Shown: positions 37,288 through 47,302, counted from the stretch's first letter. The stretch: 64,000 nucleotides of DNA from Solirubrobacteraceae bacterium (GCA_035552215.1 DASZLV010000166.1:11306-75305), one strand, 5' to 3'. Notes: generated by a model from the letters alone, not told the origin. Translations and numbers: made by a program.

Positions 37288-39585
37288 ATGTCCGCTGATA
37301 CCGCACCCCAGATCGAGTGGAACGGCGACGTGTACCCGTACGTTCCACCTGCAGAGTTGGCGATCCACCCGTCGCTGAAGCTTCACGATGACACCGATGC
37401 CGAGACCGACCCGGTGACGCACGAGGTCCTCCGCCACGCGCTCTGGAATGTCAACGTCGAGCACGGCCAGTCGATCATCCGGACCTCGGGCTCCCCGATC
37501 ACCGCCTACGGGCACGATTTCAACCCGGCCATCCTCGATGAGCGCGGCGGTTACGTGTTCTTCGGGAAGTACAACCTCTATCTGGCGGTGAGCAGCGCGA
37601 CGGCGATTCAGTGGATGCTCGAGTACCGCTCAGAGTCCCCGGGGATCAACGACGGGGACATGTTCCTTACCAATGACCCGTGGATCGGGACGACGCACCA
37701 ATCCGACGTCGTGGTGGCGTGCCCGGTGTTCATCGATGGTCGCCTGTTCTGCTGGGTGGCCAACGTCATGCACCAATGGGACCTCGGCGGTACCGCTCCG
37801 GGAGGCTTCAACCCGATGGCCGAGGACGTCTACTGGGAGGTTCCCTGCTTCCCGCCCATCAGGGTCGTCGAGGACGGCAAGTTGCGCCGCGATGTGGAGG
37901 AGCTCTACGTGCGGAACTCTCGCCTGCCGGATCTGGTGAAACTGGATCTGCGCTCGCAGATCACCGGTTGCAATGTCGCCCGCGAGCGCATCCTCAGCCT
38001 GGCCGAGCGCTACGGCGCCTCGACCCTGAAGGCGACCATGCGCAAGGTCCAGGACGACTCCGCGGCAGCGTTCTCGCGACGGCTGGAGAGCATCCCCGAC
38101 GGCACCTGGACCGAGGAGGGATGGATGGAGGTCAAGCTCCCCGGCGACCGCGGCCTCTACCGAAACCGCGTGGTCCTGACCAAGCGCGACGACAAGCTCA
38201 TCTTCTCGAACGCCGGCTCCGCACCGCAGCAAGGTGCCCTCAACGCGTGTTTGGCGGCGTGGAAGGGGGCAGTGATCAGCATGCTCGCCTCGACGATGCT
38301 CTTCGACCAGATGTTCGCGCTCGAAGGAGCGATGCGCAACTGCGAGTTCGAGGTCGAGCCGTCCACGATCAGCTGCGCGACGCGTCCCGCCGCCGTCTCC
38401 GGCGGCCCGCCCACTACCCTCCTGCACTCGATCGGGATGGCTGGGCTGGTCATCTCGAAGATGCTCTTCTCGTCCAGCGACCCGCGCCTGCGCGAGGAAG
38501 TGATGAGCTGCATGGGTGTGCTCGGGTACCCCGTGAGCGCGATCGCCGGTCTCGATCAGCGCGGGAACCAATACGCGTCGTTCTTGAACGATCCCGTGGG
38601 GGCAGCGCTGGCCGCGCTGCCGTGGCGCGATGGCCAGGACACGGGCGGCTGGCCCTGGGACCTGCAATCGACGATCCCCAACGTCGAGGACAACGAGCTC
38701 TTCTATCCGGTCCTCTACGTCTGGCGGCGCGAGCTCGCGAATTCCGGCGGCGCCGGGAAGTTCCGCGGCGGAAACGGCTGTGAGAACGCCATCATCGCTC
38801 ACAAGACCGACCGCATCGACTGGGTGACGGTTGCAGCCGAGGTCGCCGTCCCGGGCCCCGGTCTGTTCGGCGGCTATCCGACGTCCACCAACTCCTACCT
38901 GCTCATCAAGGGCGCACAGGCTCGCGAGTACATGGCCCGGACCGGCGAGACACCGCTGCACCCTCACCAGCTCGAGGGTGAGGGCGAGTGGGTCGCCGCA
39001 AAATCGTTCGGGAAGTGCACTGAGGCCGAGGACATGTGGATCTTCAGCTGGGCGGGGGCCGGCGGGTACGGAGATCCCGTCGAGCGCGACCCTGAGGCGG
39101 TGCTCGCCGACGTGCGCGCCGGTCGCGTCACGGCCGCCTGGGGAGCCAAGGCCTACGGAGTCGTCATCGAGGGAACGGGCGAGGCCGCCGCCGTCGACGG
39201 GACGGCGACCGAGCGCCGCCGCCAGGAGATCATCGCCGAGCGCCTCGCGGAGGGCCGCCCATGGCAAGGCAACGGTGACGGAGAAGCGGGCAAGAACATC
39301 CCGCCCGACGATCAGGTGAGCGAGTACGTCGCCATCAAGGATGGCAAGTACTACGCGGACGGGGTCGAGCTCGGGAATGCCACAGGCAACTACAAGCTCG
39401 GGGCGCTGATCCGGGACCTCCCACTGGCCGAAGGCAATCCTGAAGTGCGAGATCCGGCCATCTACACCGACAATGCGGTCTGCTTTCGCCAGATCATCTG
39501 TCCGGAGACGGGACGCCTGCTCCAGACCGAGATCGTCGTCGACGGGGCGCCGCCGCAGTGGGACCTGCGACCCGGCCAGATCTGA
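37288..39585 (+). CDS. hydantoinase B/oxoprolinase family subunit with a C-terminal acetone-carboxylase gamma-like domain
   Basis: NDPWIGTTHQSD, HQWDLGG, SGGAGKFRGG and GAGGYGDP.ERDP motifs; tail FRQIICPETGRLLQTEI. Confidence 0.9.
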   Translation: MSADTAPQIEWNGDVYPYVPPAELAIHPSLKLHDDTDAETDPVTHEVLRHALWNVNVEHGQSIIRTSGSPITAYGHDFNPAILDERGGYVFFGKYNLYLAVSSATAIQWMLEYRSESPGINDGDMFLTNDPWIGTTHQSDVVVACPVFIDGRLFCWVANVMHQWDLGGTAPGGFNPMAEDVYWEVPCFPPIRVVEDGKLRRDVEELYVRNSRLPDLVKLDLRSQITGCNVARERILSLAERYGASTLKATMRKVQDDSAAAFSRRLESIPDGTWTEEGWMEVKLPGDRGLYRNRVVLTKRDDKLIFSNAGSAPQQGALNACLAAWKGAVISMLASTMLFDQMFALEGAMRNCEFEVEPSTISCATRPAAVSGGPPTTLLHSIGMAGLVISKMLFSSSDPRLREEVMSCMGVLGYPVSAIAGLDQRGNQYASFLNDPVGAALAALPWRDGQDTGGWPWDLQSTIPNVEDNELFYPVLYVWRRELANSGGAGKFRGGNGCENAIIAHKTDRIDWVTVAAEVAVPGPGLFGGYPTSTNSYLLIKGAQAREYMARTGETPLHPHQLEGEGEWVAAKSFGKCTEAEDMWIFSWAGAGGYGDPVERDPEAVLADVRAGRVTAAWGAKAYGVVIEGTGEAAAVDGTATERRRQEIIAERLAEGRPWQGNGDGEAGKNIPPDDQVSEYVAIKDGKYYADGVELGNATGNYKLGALIRDLPLAEGNPEVRDPAIYTDNAVCFRQIICPETGRLLQTEIVVDGAPPQWDLRPGQI

Positions 39586-39597
39586 GAGAGGTCGCCG

Positions 39598-40620
39598 ATG
39601 CGCGTCGGCCTTTACTTCGACCTGCGTGATCCGCCACCGTGGCGCGTCGGCTGGCACAGAGTCCATGCGCGCGCCCTCGAGACCGCCGCGGAGGCCGACC
39701 GGCGGGGAGTCGGATCAATCTGGCTATCCGAACACCACTTCTTCGAAGACGGCTATCTCCCCCAGCCGCTGGTCTTCGCCGCCGCGGTGGCAGCGCGCAC
39801 GCGACACGCTCGGATCGGGACGGCGGTGGTGCTCGCAGCTCTGCGTTCCGCGCTTGCGCTCGCCGAGGAGGCAGCCGTGGTGGACGTCGTCAGCGGCGGG
39901 CGCCTCGAGCTCGGGCTCGGCGCCGGGTATCGGATCCCCGAATACGAGGCGTTCGGCGTCGACGTGGCGGCCCGGTTCACGCTTCTCGAGGAACGCGGTC
40001 GGGAGGTGAGCGAGCTTCTTGCGAGCGAACGGGTTACGCCGGCCCCGATCCAGTCCCCGCTGCCAATGTGGATTGGCGGCCACGGTCCCCGTGCCGCTCG
40101 GATCGCCGGCCGCCTGGGCGCCGGGCTTCTGTCCTTGAGCCCGTCGCTTCTGGATCCCTACCGGGCGGCGCTCGAGCAGGCGGGCCATCCGGCCGATCTC
40201 GCGCGCATGGCCGGCCCGCTCTCGTACGTGCTCTGCGAGGACCCGGAACGCACGTGGGCGACGGTGCGCGAGTATGCCGAGTATCAATGGCGCACCTATG
40301 ACTCCTACGCCCAGGAGGGGCGGGACGGCGCCGTGCGAGCGCCGGATCTCCCCGCCGTCTTCGCCTCGGGTCAGGCTGGCACGCATCCACCGGTCAGGGC
40401 GGTGACGGTCGAGCAGGCTGCCGCGGAGCTGCGAGCAGCGGCGGCGGCGATGCCCGTCCAGCACGTCTTCATCTGGGAGCGCGTCGCCGGCATGCCCGAC
40501 GCGATCGCCGACCGGCACGTGGAGCTGCTCGTCGACCATCTCATCCCCGAGCTCTCAGAAGTACCGGCCGCGGGTCCGAGCGCCGAGCGAGTGGCAGCTC
40601 AGCAGCTTCGGAGCCTCTAG
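39598..40620 (+). CDS. LLM class flavin-dependent oxidoreductase
   Basis: IWLSEHHFFEDGYLPQP and SGGRLELGLGAGYR motifs. Confidence 0.92.
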   Translation: MRVGLYFDLRDPPPWRVGWHRVHARALETAAEADRRGVGSIWLSEHHFFEDGYLPQPLVFAAAVAARTRHARIGTAVVLAALRSALALAEEAAVVDVVSGGRLELGLGAGYRIPEYEAFGVDVAARFTLLEERGREVSELLASERVTPAPIQSPLPMWIGGHGPRAARIAGRLGAGLLSLSPSLLDPYRAALEQAGHPADLARMAGPLSYVLCEDPERTWATVREYAEYQWRTYDSYAQEGRDGAVRAPDLPAVFASGQAGTHPPVRAVTVEQAAAELRAAAAAMPVQHVFIWERVAGMPDAIADRHVELLVDHLIPELSEVPAAGPSAERVAAQQLRSL

Positions 40621-40652
40621 CACACGAACCCGCCACAGGAGAGGGAAGAGTG

Positions 40653-41678
40653 ATGAAATTCGGAGTGCTGTTCAAGCCGATGGATCCCCCCAATTCCGAG
40701 CACCTCGTCGAGCGCTGGAGCCAGGCGCTGGAAGCGGCCAGGGTGGTCGAGGAGTCGGGCTTCGACGGGGTGTTCATCCCCGAGCACCACATGATGGCGA
40801 ACGGCTATCCGTCGTCCCCGTGGGCCGCCCTGGGAGCACTCGCCGCGGTCACCGAGCGGATCGAGGTCGGAACGACTATTCACCTGCTGCCCTTCGAGCA
40901 CCCGATCCACGTGGCCGAGCATGCCGCGATGGCCGACGTGATCGCCAACGGGCGCATCCGCATCGGCGTCGGGATGGCGAACTTCGAGCCCGAGTTCAAG
41001 CTCTATGGCCTCGACAAGAAGACACAGGTCTCACGGTTCGAGGAGTCGATCGACCTCGTTCAGCGCGCGTGGTCCGGTGAAGTGATCAACCACGCGGGCA
41101 AGCACTTCACCATCGAGGCGGAGGGCCCGGTGATGCCACGCCCGATCGGGGCCGAGCTGTGGATCGGCGCGATGTCCGATGGCGGCGTCAAGCGCGCGGC
41201 GCGTTTCGGGTGTCCCTGGCCAACCGACCCTCTGCACAACATCGATGTCATGAAGCACTGGGCCGACACCTACCGCGCGGCTGGAGTTGAGCACGGGACC
41301 TCAGAGAAGCTCCGGGTCAATCTCCTGCGGGACGGCTGGGTCGCGGACTCCCTCGAGGATGTGGAACGCGTGTGGTGGCCGATCATCCGGGCTGAGCACT
41401 GGTTCTACTTCGAGAACATCCCTCGCTGGGTCGCCGAGTTCGAGCCGTTCCTCGCCGACGTCAAGACCGAGGATGACTTCAAGTTCGACAATCATCTCGT
41501 CGACCGGCTCATCGTCGGTAGTCCCGAGGATTGCATCGCGTCGATCCGGAAGTTCCAGGACGCCATCGACATGGACTACCTGATCATGACCTTCCGGCAG
41601 ACGGAGGGGCCGGGCTTCGAACAGGAGCTCGAGTGCATCCGCCGATTCGGAAGAGACGTGATACCCGCGTTCAGCTGA
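40653..41678 (+). CDS. LLM class flavin-dependent oxidoreductase
   Basis: GFDGVFIPEHH, HPIHVAE and GRIRIGVGM motifs. Confidence 0.92.
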   Translation: MKFGVLFKPMDPPNSEHLVERWSQALEAARVVEESGFDGVFIPEHHMMANGYPSSPWAALGALAAVTERIEVGTTIHLLPFEHPIHVAEHAAMADVIANGRIRIGVGMANFEPEFKLYGLDKKTQVSRFEESIDLVQRAWSGEVINHAGKHFTIEAEGPVMPRPIGAELWIGAMSDGGVKRAARFGCPWPTDPLHNIDVMKHWADTYRAAGVEHGTSEKLRVNLLRDGWVADSLEDVERVWWPIIRAEHWFYFENIPRWVAEFEPFLADVKTEDDFKFDNHLVDRLIVGSPEDCIASIRKFQDAIDMDYLIMTFRQTEGPGFEQELECIRRFGRDVIPAFS

Positions 41679-42714
41679 GTCGGTGCTCTGCGCCGGGCGC
41701 CTCCGGGCGGTAACGCGCATGGATGCCAAGGCCGGTTTCCACATAGCCGTGTCCGATAACGCCATCGACGCTGAAGGTGCAGGCGTTGTCGTTCTGGCCG
41801 TTGAGACGCGACACCGTCTCGAGATTCGTTACGTCGAAGCTCTCGGCCCCGGGCCGAGCCGCTTCGGTACTGGCGGTGTAGCCCGCAGCGCTCAGGAAGA
41901 TTCGCCCCGTGACGGTGAGCTCGACGGTGCGGCGCGATCCCGAGCCGAAGGCCAGCTCCAGAGTCCCGCCCGTGAGCAATGTGCGGTCCCAGCTCAGGTC
42001 GTGCTCGATCGAGGTGACGGTCTCCACGACGCCGCGACGATCGAGCAGCCAGCCGTTCGTGAAGGCGCGGTGACCGGCCGCCGTTTCGTAGAGCATCACG
42101 TACACCGCGGCGTCGTCGAGCTCACAGAAAGCGGCAACGACGAGGCCGCGACGAGGCGAACCCTCGTGCTTGCGCAGTCCCCAGCCGCGATCGCGGAAGC
42201 CGGCACGGGCCGCGAGCGTGCGTTCAGCGCCGTCGATGACGACGGTCCCCGTGTACATCCCGGATTGAAAGAGGTTCATGTAGTCGGTGACGACGCGCCC
42301 CCCGCGCTCGATTCGGTTCGGGATCGTCGGCACGGGCGGAAAGCGAGCGTGAAAGGTCAAATCGAAGGCGAGCGGGAAGCCCGGTTCGTCGAGCACCAGC
42401 CGCACCTCCTCCAGCGGTCTCACGGCCTCGATCCGCAGCCGGCCGACGGTGGGCCGATCGGGATCGTCGCCAGTGGCGAAGGGCTCAGAGAGACGGAGCG
42501 CATGCTGGACTGCGCCGGTGCCCACCCCTGCGAAGGCGGTGCGCCTGCCGTCGTGCGGATAGACGGCGCGTCCGGCATGGAGGATCGTCGCGCCGTCGAT
42601 GTTGAGAAGGTGGTAGCAGCGTTCAGCCCAGCCCGGATCCAGGTGCTCGGTGACCACCGCGGGCGCGACGAGCTGATGCCTGTAGGACTCATCCAAGGGC
42701 GTGAGATTGGTCAT
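41671..42714 (-). CDS. conserved hypothetical beta-rich protein (lipocalin/tocopherol-cyclase-like fold possible)
   Basis: LTPLDESYRHQ, WAERCY, FQSG and GFRDRGWGLR resemble a recurring actinobacterial family; ATG preceded by GAGG. Confidence 0.65.
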   Translation of the reverse strand: MTNLTPLDESYRHQLVAPAVVTEHLDPGWAERCYHLLNIDGATILHAGRAVYPHDGRRTAFAGVGTGAVQHALRLSEPFATGDDPDRPTVGRLRIEAVRPLEEVRLVLDEPGFPLAFDLTFHARFPPVPTIPNRIERGGRVVTDYMNLFQSGMYTGTVVIDGAERTLAARAGFRDRGWGLRKHEGSPRRGLVVAAFCELDDAAVYVMLYETAAGHRAFTNGWLLDRRGVVETVTSIEHDLSWDRTLLTGGTLELAFGSGSRRTVELTVTGRIFLSAAGYTASTEAARPGAESFDVTNLETVSRLNGQNDNACTFSVDGVIGHGYVETGLGIHARYRPEAPGAEHRLS

Positions 42715-42762
42715 GGTCTCGCCTCTGCGGCCGTTGCGGACGCCTCCCAAGCCAGCTACATT

Positions 42763-42780
42763 ACCAATCAATCGGTTGTT
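42763..42780. promoter_or_regulatory. double TetR operator ACCAATCAATCGGTTGTT in a divergent promoter
   Basis: Motif match. Confidence 0.78.
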
Positions 42781-43141
42781 AGAACGACGCGCAGACCTAT
42801 CTGATGGCCAGACTCGAGCGACGCGCGAGACGAGCGCATCGGGAGCCGGCTCGCCGTCGCCCAAGGTCAACCGCGAAAGACTCGCCGACGCTGTCGCAGA
42901 CCTCGCCGGCGCGGCGTCGGCGGGGTACGCACACGCGCAACTGCGCGCACTGAGCGCCGTGCTCCGAAGCCTCGATGTCGAAACCGCCGAGGTGGCCCGG
43001 CGAGGCCCACTCGAGCGTACGATCGCGGCCGGGGTGCGGGATGAGGACGAGCCCGCGGTCGTCGAGGCCATGCGGCGCCTGGCGGCACTCGACCGCGCGG
43101 CCGCTCCGCCCGTGGACTGGTCGGTGGCCCCCGGTGGCTGA
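42776..43141 (+). CDS. small helical hypothetical protein coupled to the APH kinase (LvaB-like position)
   Basis: Amphipathic helical ORF whose stop overlaps the kinase start; start codon uncertain. Confidence 0.55.
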   Translation: MLERRADLSDGQTRATRETSASGAGSPSPKVNRERLADAVADLAGAASAGYAHAQLRALSAVLRSLDVETAEVARRGPLERTIAAGVRDEDEPAVVEAMRRLAALDRAAAPPVDWSVAPGG

Positions 43142-44099
43142 GCCGGCGCCCGGCGTCGCGCAGGCCCTCGAGCAGTGGCTGTGCGCCCGGGGAATCGAAG
43201 CGCAGGCAGAGGTCACCGGTCGCGCGACCGTCGGTCTCTCGCAGGAGACGTGGTTCGTGCGTATCGCCACGGGTGGCGGCTCTCGTGCTGCCGTGCTGCG
43301 GCTTCCCACCGCCGCGTCGGGTCCGCACGCCATCCGCACCCAGCGGGTCGCCCTCGAGGCGGTCGCCGGCAAGGTTCCCGCTCCTGCTCTCCTCTGGCAC
43401 GACGACGGCGACGACAACCCGTTCTCGCGTCCCTTCATCGTCATGGAGCGGATCGCCGGCGAGGTGCCCGTCGGCTGGCACGAGATCGCCGAGCCGAGGC
43501 GGACCCTGTTGGCCCAAGCGGCGATCGACGTCCTCAGCGCGCTCCACGCCATCGACCCAGCGCCATTGAACGGTCCCAGCGCGGCCAAGGGGCGACCCAC
43601 GGAGTTTGACTGGTACCGCCGCCGCCTCGAACGGTTCAAGCCGCTGCCCGCCGTGCTCGAGGGCGCGCGATGGTGGCTCGATCGCCATGCGCCCCAGCGC
43701 GCCACCCGCGAGGTTCTCGTGCACGGCGACTACCGCATGGGCAACCTGATCGTCGATGACACGAGCATCCGCGGCGTCCTCGACTGGGAGATGGCCGGGG
43801 CGGGCGATCCCATGGCTGACCTCGCCTGGTGCTTCATTCCGGTGTGGGAGCTCCCCGGCGTGTCCGAGGCCCCACTCGTCGTCCGTTATGCCGAGCGCAG
43901 CGGCATCCGGGTCGATGAGGAGCGCCTCCACTGGCACCGCGTGCTCGCCTACGTCCGCCTCGCCTATTACGCGCTGGCCGGCAGCTATGCCTTCGACAGC
44001 GGGCACTCGAGCGATTTCCGATTGGCGGCGCTGAGGCTGCAGCTGCCGGTTCACCTGGACCGCCTGGCGGCAACGATCGCCGGTGAGCCTGTCACCTAG
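43134..44099 (+). CDS. APH-family phosphotransferase (ACAD10/LvaA-like)
   Basis: GLSQETW, HGDYRMGN, LDWE and GDPMADLAW motifs. Confidence 0.9.
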   Translation: MAEPAPGVAQALEQWLCARGIEAQAEVTGRATVGLSQETWFVRIATGGGSRAAVLRLPTAASGPHAIRTQRVALEAVAGKVPAPALLWHDDGDDNPFSRPFIVMERIAGEVPVGWHEIAEPRRTLLAQAAIDVLSALHAIDPAPLNGPSAAKGRPTEFDWYRRRLERFKPLPAVLEGARWWLDRHAPQRATREVLVHGDYRMGNLIVDDTSIRGVLDWEMAGAGDPMADLAWCFIPVWELPGVSEAPLVVRYAERSGIRVDEERLHWHRVLAYVRLAYYALAGSYAFDSGHSSDFRLAALRLQLPVHLDRLAATIAGEPVT

Positions 44100-44118
44100 T
44101 ACGCACGAGGAGCAAGCG

Positions 44119-45792
44119 ATGACCGGATGGGCCGAAGCGAGCACCATGGGCGACCTGTTACTGCGTTCGGCCTCGCGGCGCCCCGACCATGAAGCCCTGG
44201 TGTTTCCGCATGCTCGATTTACCTACGAGGACCTGGCGGAGCGCGTCGTTCGCACCGCCCGCTCGCTCGCCGCACTGGGAGTCGGCCGGGGCGATCACGT
44301 AGGCCTACTGATGCCGAATTCTCCCGACTTCGTCTTCGCGTTCTTCGCTACGCAGCTGCTGGGCGCAGTCGCCGTTCCCATCAACACCCGCTATCGAACG
44401 CGCGAGCTGGCCCACGTAGTGGCAAATGGCGACCTCGTCGTGCTCCTCACGAGCGACATCGTCGATGACCAGGTCGACTTCGTGGAGCGCCTCTGCGAAG
44501 CGCTGCCCGGACTCACCGACGCGCCGGACCCTCTCAGGCTTCGCCTCGCCGCAGCCCCGAAGCTCCGAACCGTGGTGCTGCTCGGCGACCGCCATTCCGA
44601 TGGGTGCCTGTCGCGCAGCCGGTTCGATGAGCTCGCGGCGGCCGTCGAGGAATCGAGCGTGCTCGCGCAGCGCGCTCGCGTGCGCGTGCGCGACGTCGCT
44701 CTGATCTTGTTCACATCGGGGACGACGGCCCAGCCCAAAGGCGCGCTGCTCACTCACGAAGCCATGGTCCGGGTGTGGGTTGCCGTCGCCGACAGGTTGC
44801 GTATCACCGCCGAGGAACGGATCTGGAATCCCCTCCCCATGTTCCACATGTCTTGTATCGGGCCGATGATCTTCGCCTTCGACCTGGGCGCGACCCTGGT
44901 CTCGATGGTGCATTTCGAGCCCGCGGTGGCGCTCGAGCTGATCGAGCGCGAGCAGGTGACCTGGGTTCAGTCGGTGTTCCCCCCGATCGCAATGGGGTTG
45001 GTTCGCCATCCTGACTTCGCCGAACGGGACCTGTCGCGGGTGAGAGGCCTGCTCAACGTCGCCCCGCCCGACACGTTGCGTCTGATTCAGGAGGCCTTCG
45101 CGCCCGCGGTTCAAATCGGTGGTCATTTCGGAATGACCGAAGCGGCCGGAGCAATCACCTGCAACGAATGGGACGCGACGCCCGACCAGCAGGCGGAGAC
45201 GACCGGTGCCCCCCTACCCGGCGTCGAGGTGCGGGTCGTCGACCCGGCGACCGGCGCGCTCTTGGGACCTGAGCAGCCTGGCGAGCTCCAGATCCGCGGC
45301 TTCGGCCTCTTCGAGGGCTATTACAAGGATCCGCAGAGCACCGCGGCAGCGATGACGGATGATGGCTGGCTGAGCTCCGGAGATCTCGGCAGCGCCGACC
45401 GGGATGGGCTCATCACCTACCTCGGCCGGCTCAAGGAGATGCTGAAGGTGGGCGGCGAGAACGTGGCGCCCTCGGAGATCGAGTCCCATCTCTCAACCCA
45501 CTCGGCGATCAAGCTCGTCCAGGTCGTCGGCGTCCCCGACGACCGCCTCGACGAAGTTCCGGCCGCGTTCATCGAGCTCGTGCCTGGCCGGCTCCTGAGC
45601 GCCTCAGAGGTGATCGAGTACTGCCGGGGCGCGATCGCGAGCTTCAAGGTGCCGCGCTATGTGCGCTTCGTAACCGAGTGGCCGATGTCGGCGACCAAGG
45701 TCCAGAAGGTTCGCCTGCGCGAGCAATTCCTGGCCGAAGGGGGCGCGGGAGCGGCCTCAGAAGCTGAGCGGCTCGACCGAAGCCGGTCGTAA
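44119..45792 (+). CDS. acyl-CoA synthetase, related to 19998..21632
   Basis: FTSGTTAQPKG, GMTE, SGD and KEMLKVGGENV motifs; GAGGAG RBS. Confidence 0.93.
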   Translation: MTGWAEASTMGDLLLRSASRRPDHEALVFPHARFTYEDLAERVVRTARSLAALGVGRGDHVGLLMPNSPDFVFAFFATQLLGAVAVPINTRYRTRELAHVVANGDLVVLLTSDIVDDQVDFVERLCEALPGLTDAPDPLRLRLAAAPKLRTVVLLGDRHSDGCLSRSRFDELAAAVEESSVLAQRARVRVRDVALILFTSGTTAQPKGALLTHEAMVRVWVAVADRLRITAEERIWNPLPMFHMSCIGPMIFAFDLGATLVSMVHFEPAVALELIEREQVTWVQSVFPPIAMGLVRHPDFAERDLSRVRGLLNVAPPDTLRLIQEAFAPAVQIGGHFGMTEAAGAITCNEWDATPDQQAETTGAPLPGVEVRVVDPATGALLGPEQPGELQIRGFGLFEGYYKDPQSTAAAMTDDGWLSSGDLGSADRDGLITYLGRLKEMLKVGGENVAPSEIESHLSTHSAIKLVQVVGVPDDRLDEVPAAFIELVPGRLLSASEVIEYCRGAIASFKVPRYVRFVTEWPMSATKVQKVRLREQFLAEGGAGAASEAERLDRSRS

Positions 45793-46215
45793 CTCGGTCC
45801 ACTCGATGCGTACATCGCGGGCGGCAAAGCGCCACTTGTCCTCCGGGCGCACGTAACGATCGCCGTAGCGGATGACCATGACGAGGTCCTCCCACCCGTC
45901 GCCCGATGGTCGCAGGTGGTGGGCCAGGCAGTACGTTTCGCCCCTCGCCGAGTCAGCGGCGAGCTCGCAGGTGTGATTGGCCATCAGATGCATCGTGGCC
46001 CGGTACGCGGAGAGGGGCTCGAGCGCGCCGGGCAGCTCATCGTGCCCCGTGAAGGTGACCGGTGTCGTGGCACCGGGCTGGTGGATGGTAAGGCGTGCGT
46101 CGGGCACGAAGAGCGACAGGAAGCGTGCGGTGTCGCGCGTGTCGACGGCCGACGCATAGGCGTCGACGAGCGCCCGCAGCTCTGTCCTGTCGCTGATCTC
46201 GTTCGCGCCGATCAT
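45757..46215 (-). CDS. NTF2/SnoaL-like protein (BaiE/LinA-type)
   Basis: ELRALVDAYASAVD, TMHLMAN, YCLAHH and RYGDRY motifs. Confidence 0.85.
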   Translation of the reverse strand: MIGANEISDRTELRALVDAYASAVDTRDTARFLSLFVPDARLTIHQPGATTPVTFTGHDELPGALEPLSAYRATMHLMANHTCELAADSARGETYCLAHHLRPSGDGWEDLVMVIRYGDRYVRPEDKWRFAARDVRIEWTELRPASVEPLSF

Positions 46216-46282
46216 GGGATCTTCTTAGCTGCCGCCGCACTTGACAGGGTCCCGCCGCACGATATCGTGTCATTGAGAATCA

Positions 46283-46300
46283 AGCAAACGATCGGTTGGT
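46283..46300. promoter_or_regulatory. double TetR operator AGCAAACGATCGGTTGGT in the divergent SnoaL/SDR promoter
   Basis: Reverse complement closely matches the 25076/30966 element. Confidence 0.78.
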
Positions 46301-46337
46301 ACGCGAGGATCCTCCCCGCGCACGAGGAGAGCAAACC

Positions 46338-47297
46338 ATGCTGAGGCTCGATGGACGCACGGCAGTCGTCACCGGTGCGGGAAGAGGGATGGGACGCACA
46401 CACGCGCTTCTCCTCGCAGCCCGCGGAGCGAAGGTCGTGGTCAATGACCTCGGCGGCGCGATCGATGGGACGGGCGAGGACGCCGGGCCGGCCCAGGCGG
46501 TCGTCGATGAGATCAAGGCGGGGGGCGGCGACGCCGTCGCGAGCACCGAGAGCGTCACGCGCGCCGAAGGAGCGGAGGCGATCGTCGGAGCCGCGATCGA
46601 GCGCTTCGGCAGTGTCGACATCGTCGTCAACAACGCGGGCATCCTCACCTCCCATCAGGTGCCGACGAGCGGCATCGAGGACATGCAGCGCCATCTCGAC
46701 GTGCACCTGCTCGGATCCTTCAATGTCACGCGCGCCGCGTGGCCCCACATGGCCGAGCGGAAGTACGGCCGGGTCATCATGACCACCTCGTGTGGGATCT
46801 TCGGCGCGCCCCTGCTCGCCTCCTACGGAGCGGCAAAGGCTGGGCTCATCGGGCTCGCTCGCAACCTCGCCACGGCTGGTGTCGAGCATGGGATCAAGGT
46901 CAACCTGGTGGCGCCGTACGCGAAGACGCGAATGGCGGACCCGGATATCGACATCAACGCAGACGCGCGCTCCGAGGTCACGGAGGATGAGGCGCAGGCC
47001 ACCGTCTTCGACCTCTTGCTCCCTGAGCACGTATCCGCGGTGGTGGCGTTCCTCGCCCACGAGTCCTGCCCTGTCAACGGAGAGATCTACGCGGCCGGAG
47101 GCGGCCGGGTCGCGCGCATCTTCATCGGCGAGACCGACGGCTTCGCCAAGGCGGACCTCACGCCCGAGGACGTAGCCGAGCACTTGGACGCGATCCAGGA
47201 CGAGACCGGCTACTACGTGCCGCCCGACATCACGGCCTACACGACGTTCTTCATGGAGCGCGTCCCCGGCGACGCGGGCGTACCCACTTCGGCCTGA
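46338..47297 (+). CDS. SDR oxidoreductase (MFE-2/HSD17B4-like)
   Basis: TGAGRGMG, VVVNDLGG, NNAG and SYGAAK motifs; GAGGAG RBS. Confidence 0.93.
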   Translation: MLRLDGRTAVVTGAGRGMGRTHALLLAARGAKVVVNDLGGAIDGTGEDAGPAQAVVDEIKAGGGDAVASTESVTRAEGAEAIVGAAIERFGSVDIVVNNAGILTSHQVPTSGIEDMQRHLDVHLLGSFNVTRAAWPHMAERKYGRVIMTTSCGIFGAPLLASYGAAKAGLIGLARNLATAGVEHGIKVNLVAPYAKTRMADPDIDINADARSEVTEDEAQATVFDLLLPEHVSAVVAFLAHESCPVNGEIYAAGGGRVARIFIGETDGFAKADLTPEDVAEHLDAIQDETGYYVPPDITAYTTFFMERVPGDAGVPTSA

Positions 47298-47302
47298 GCT
47301 GA

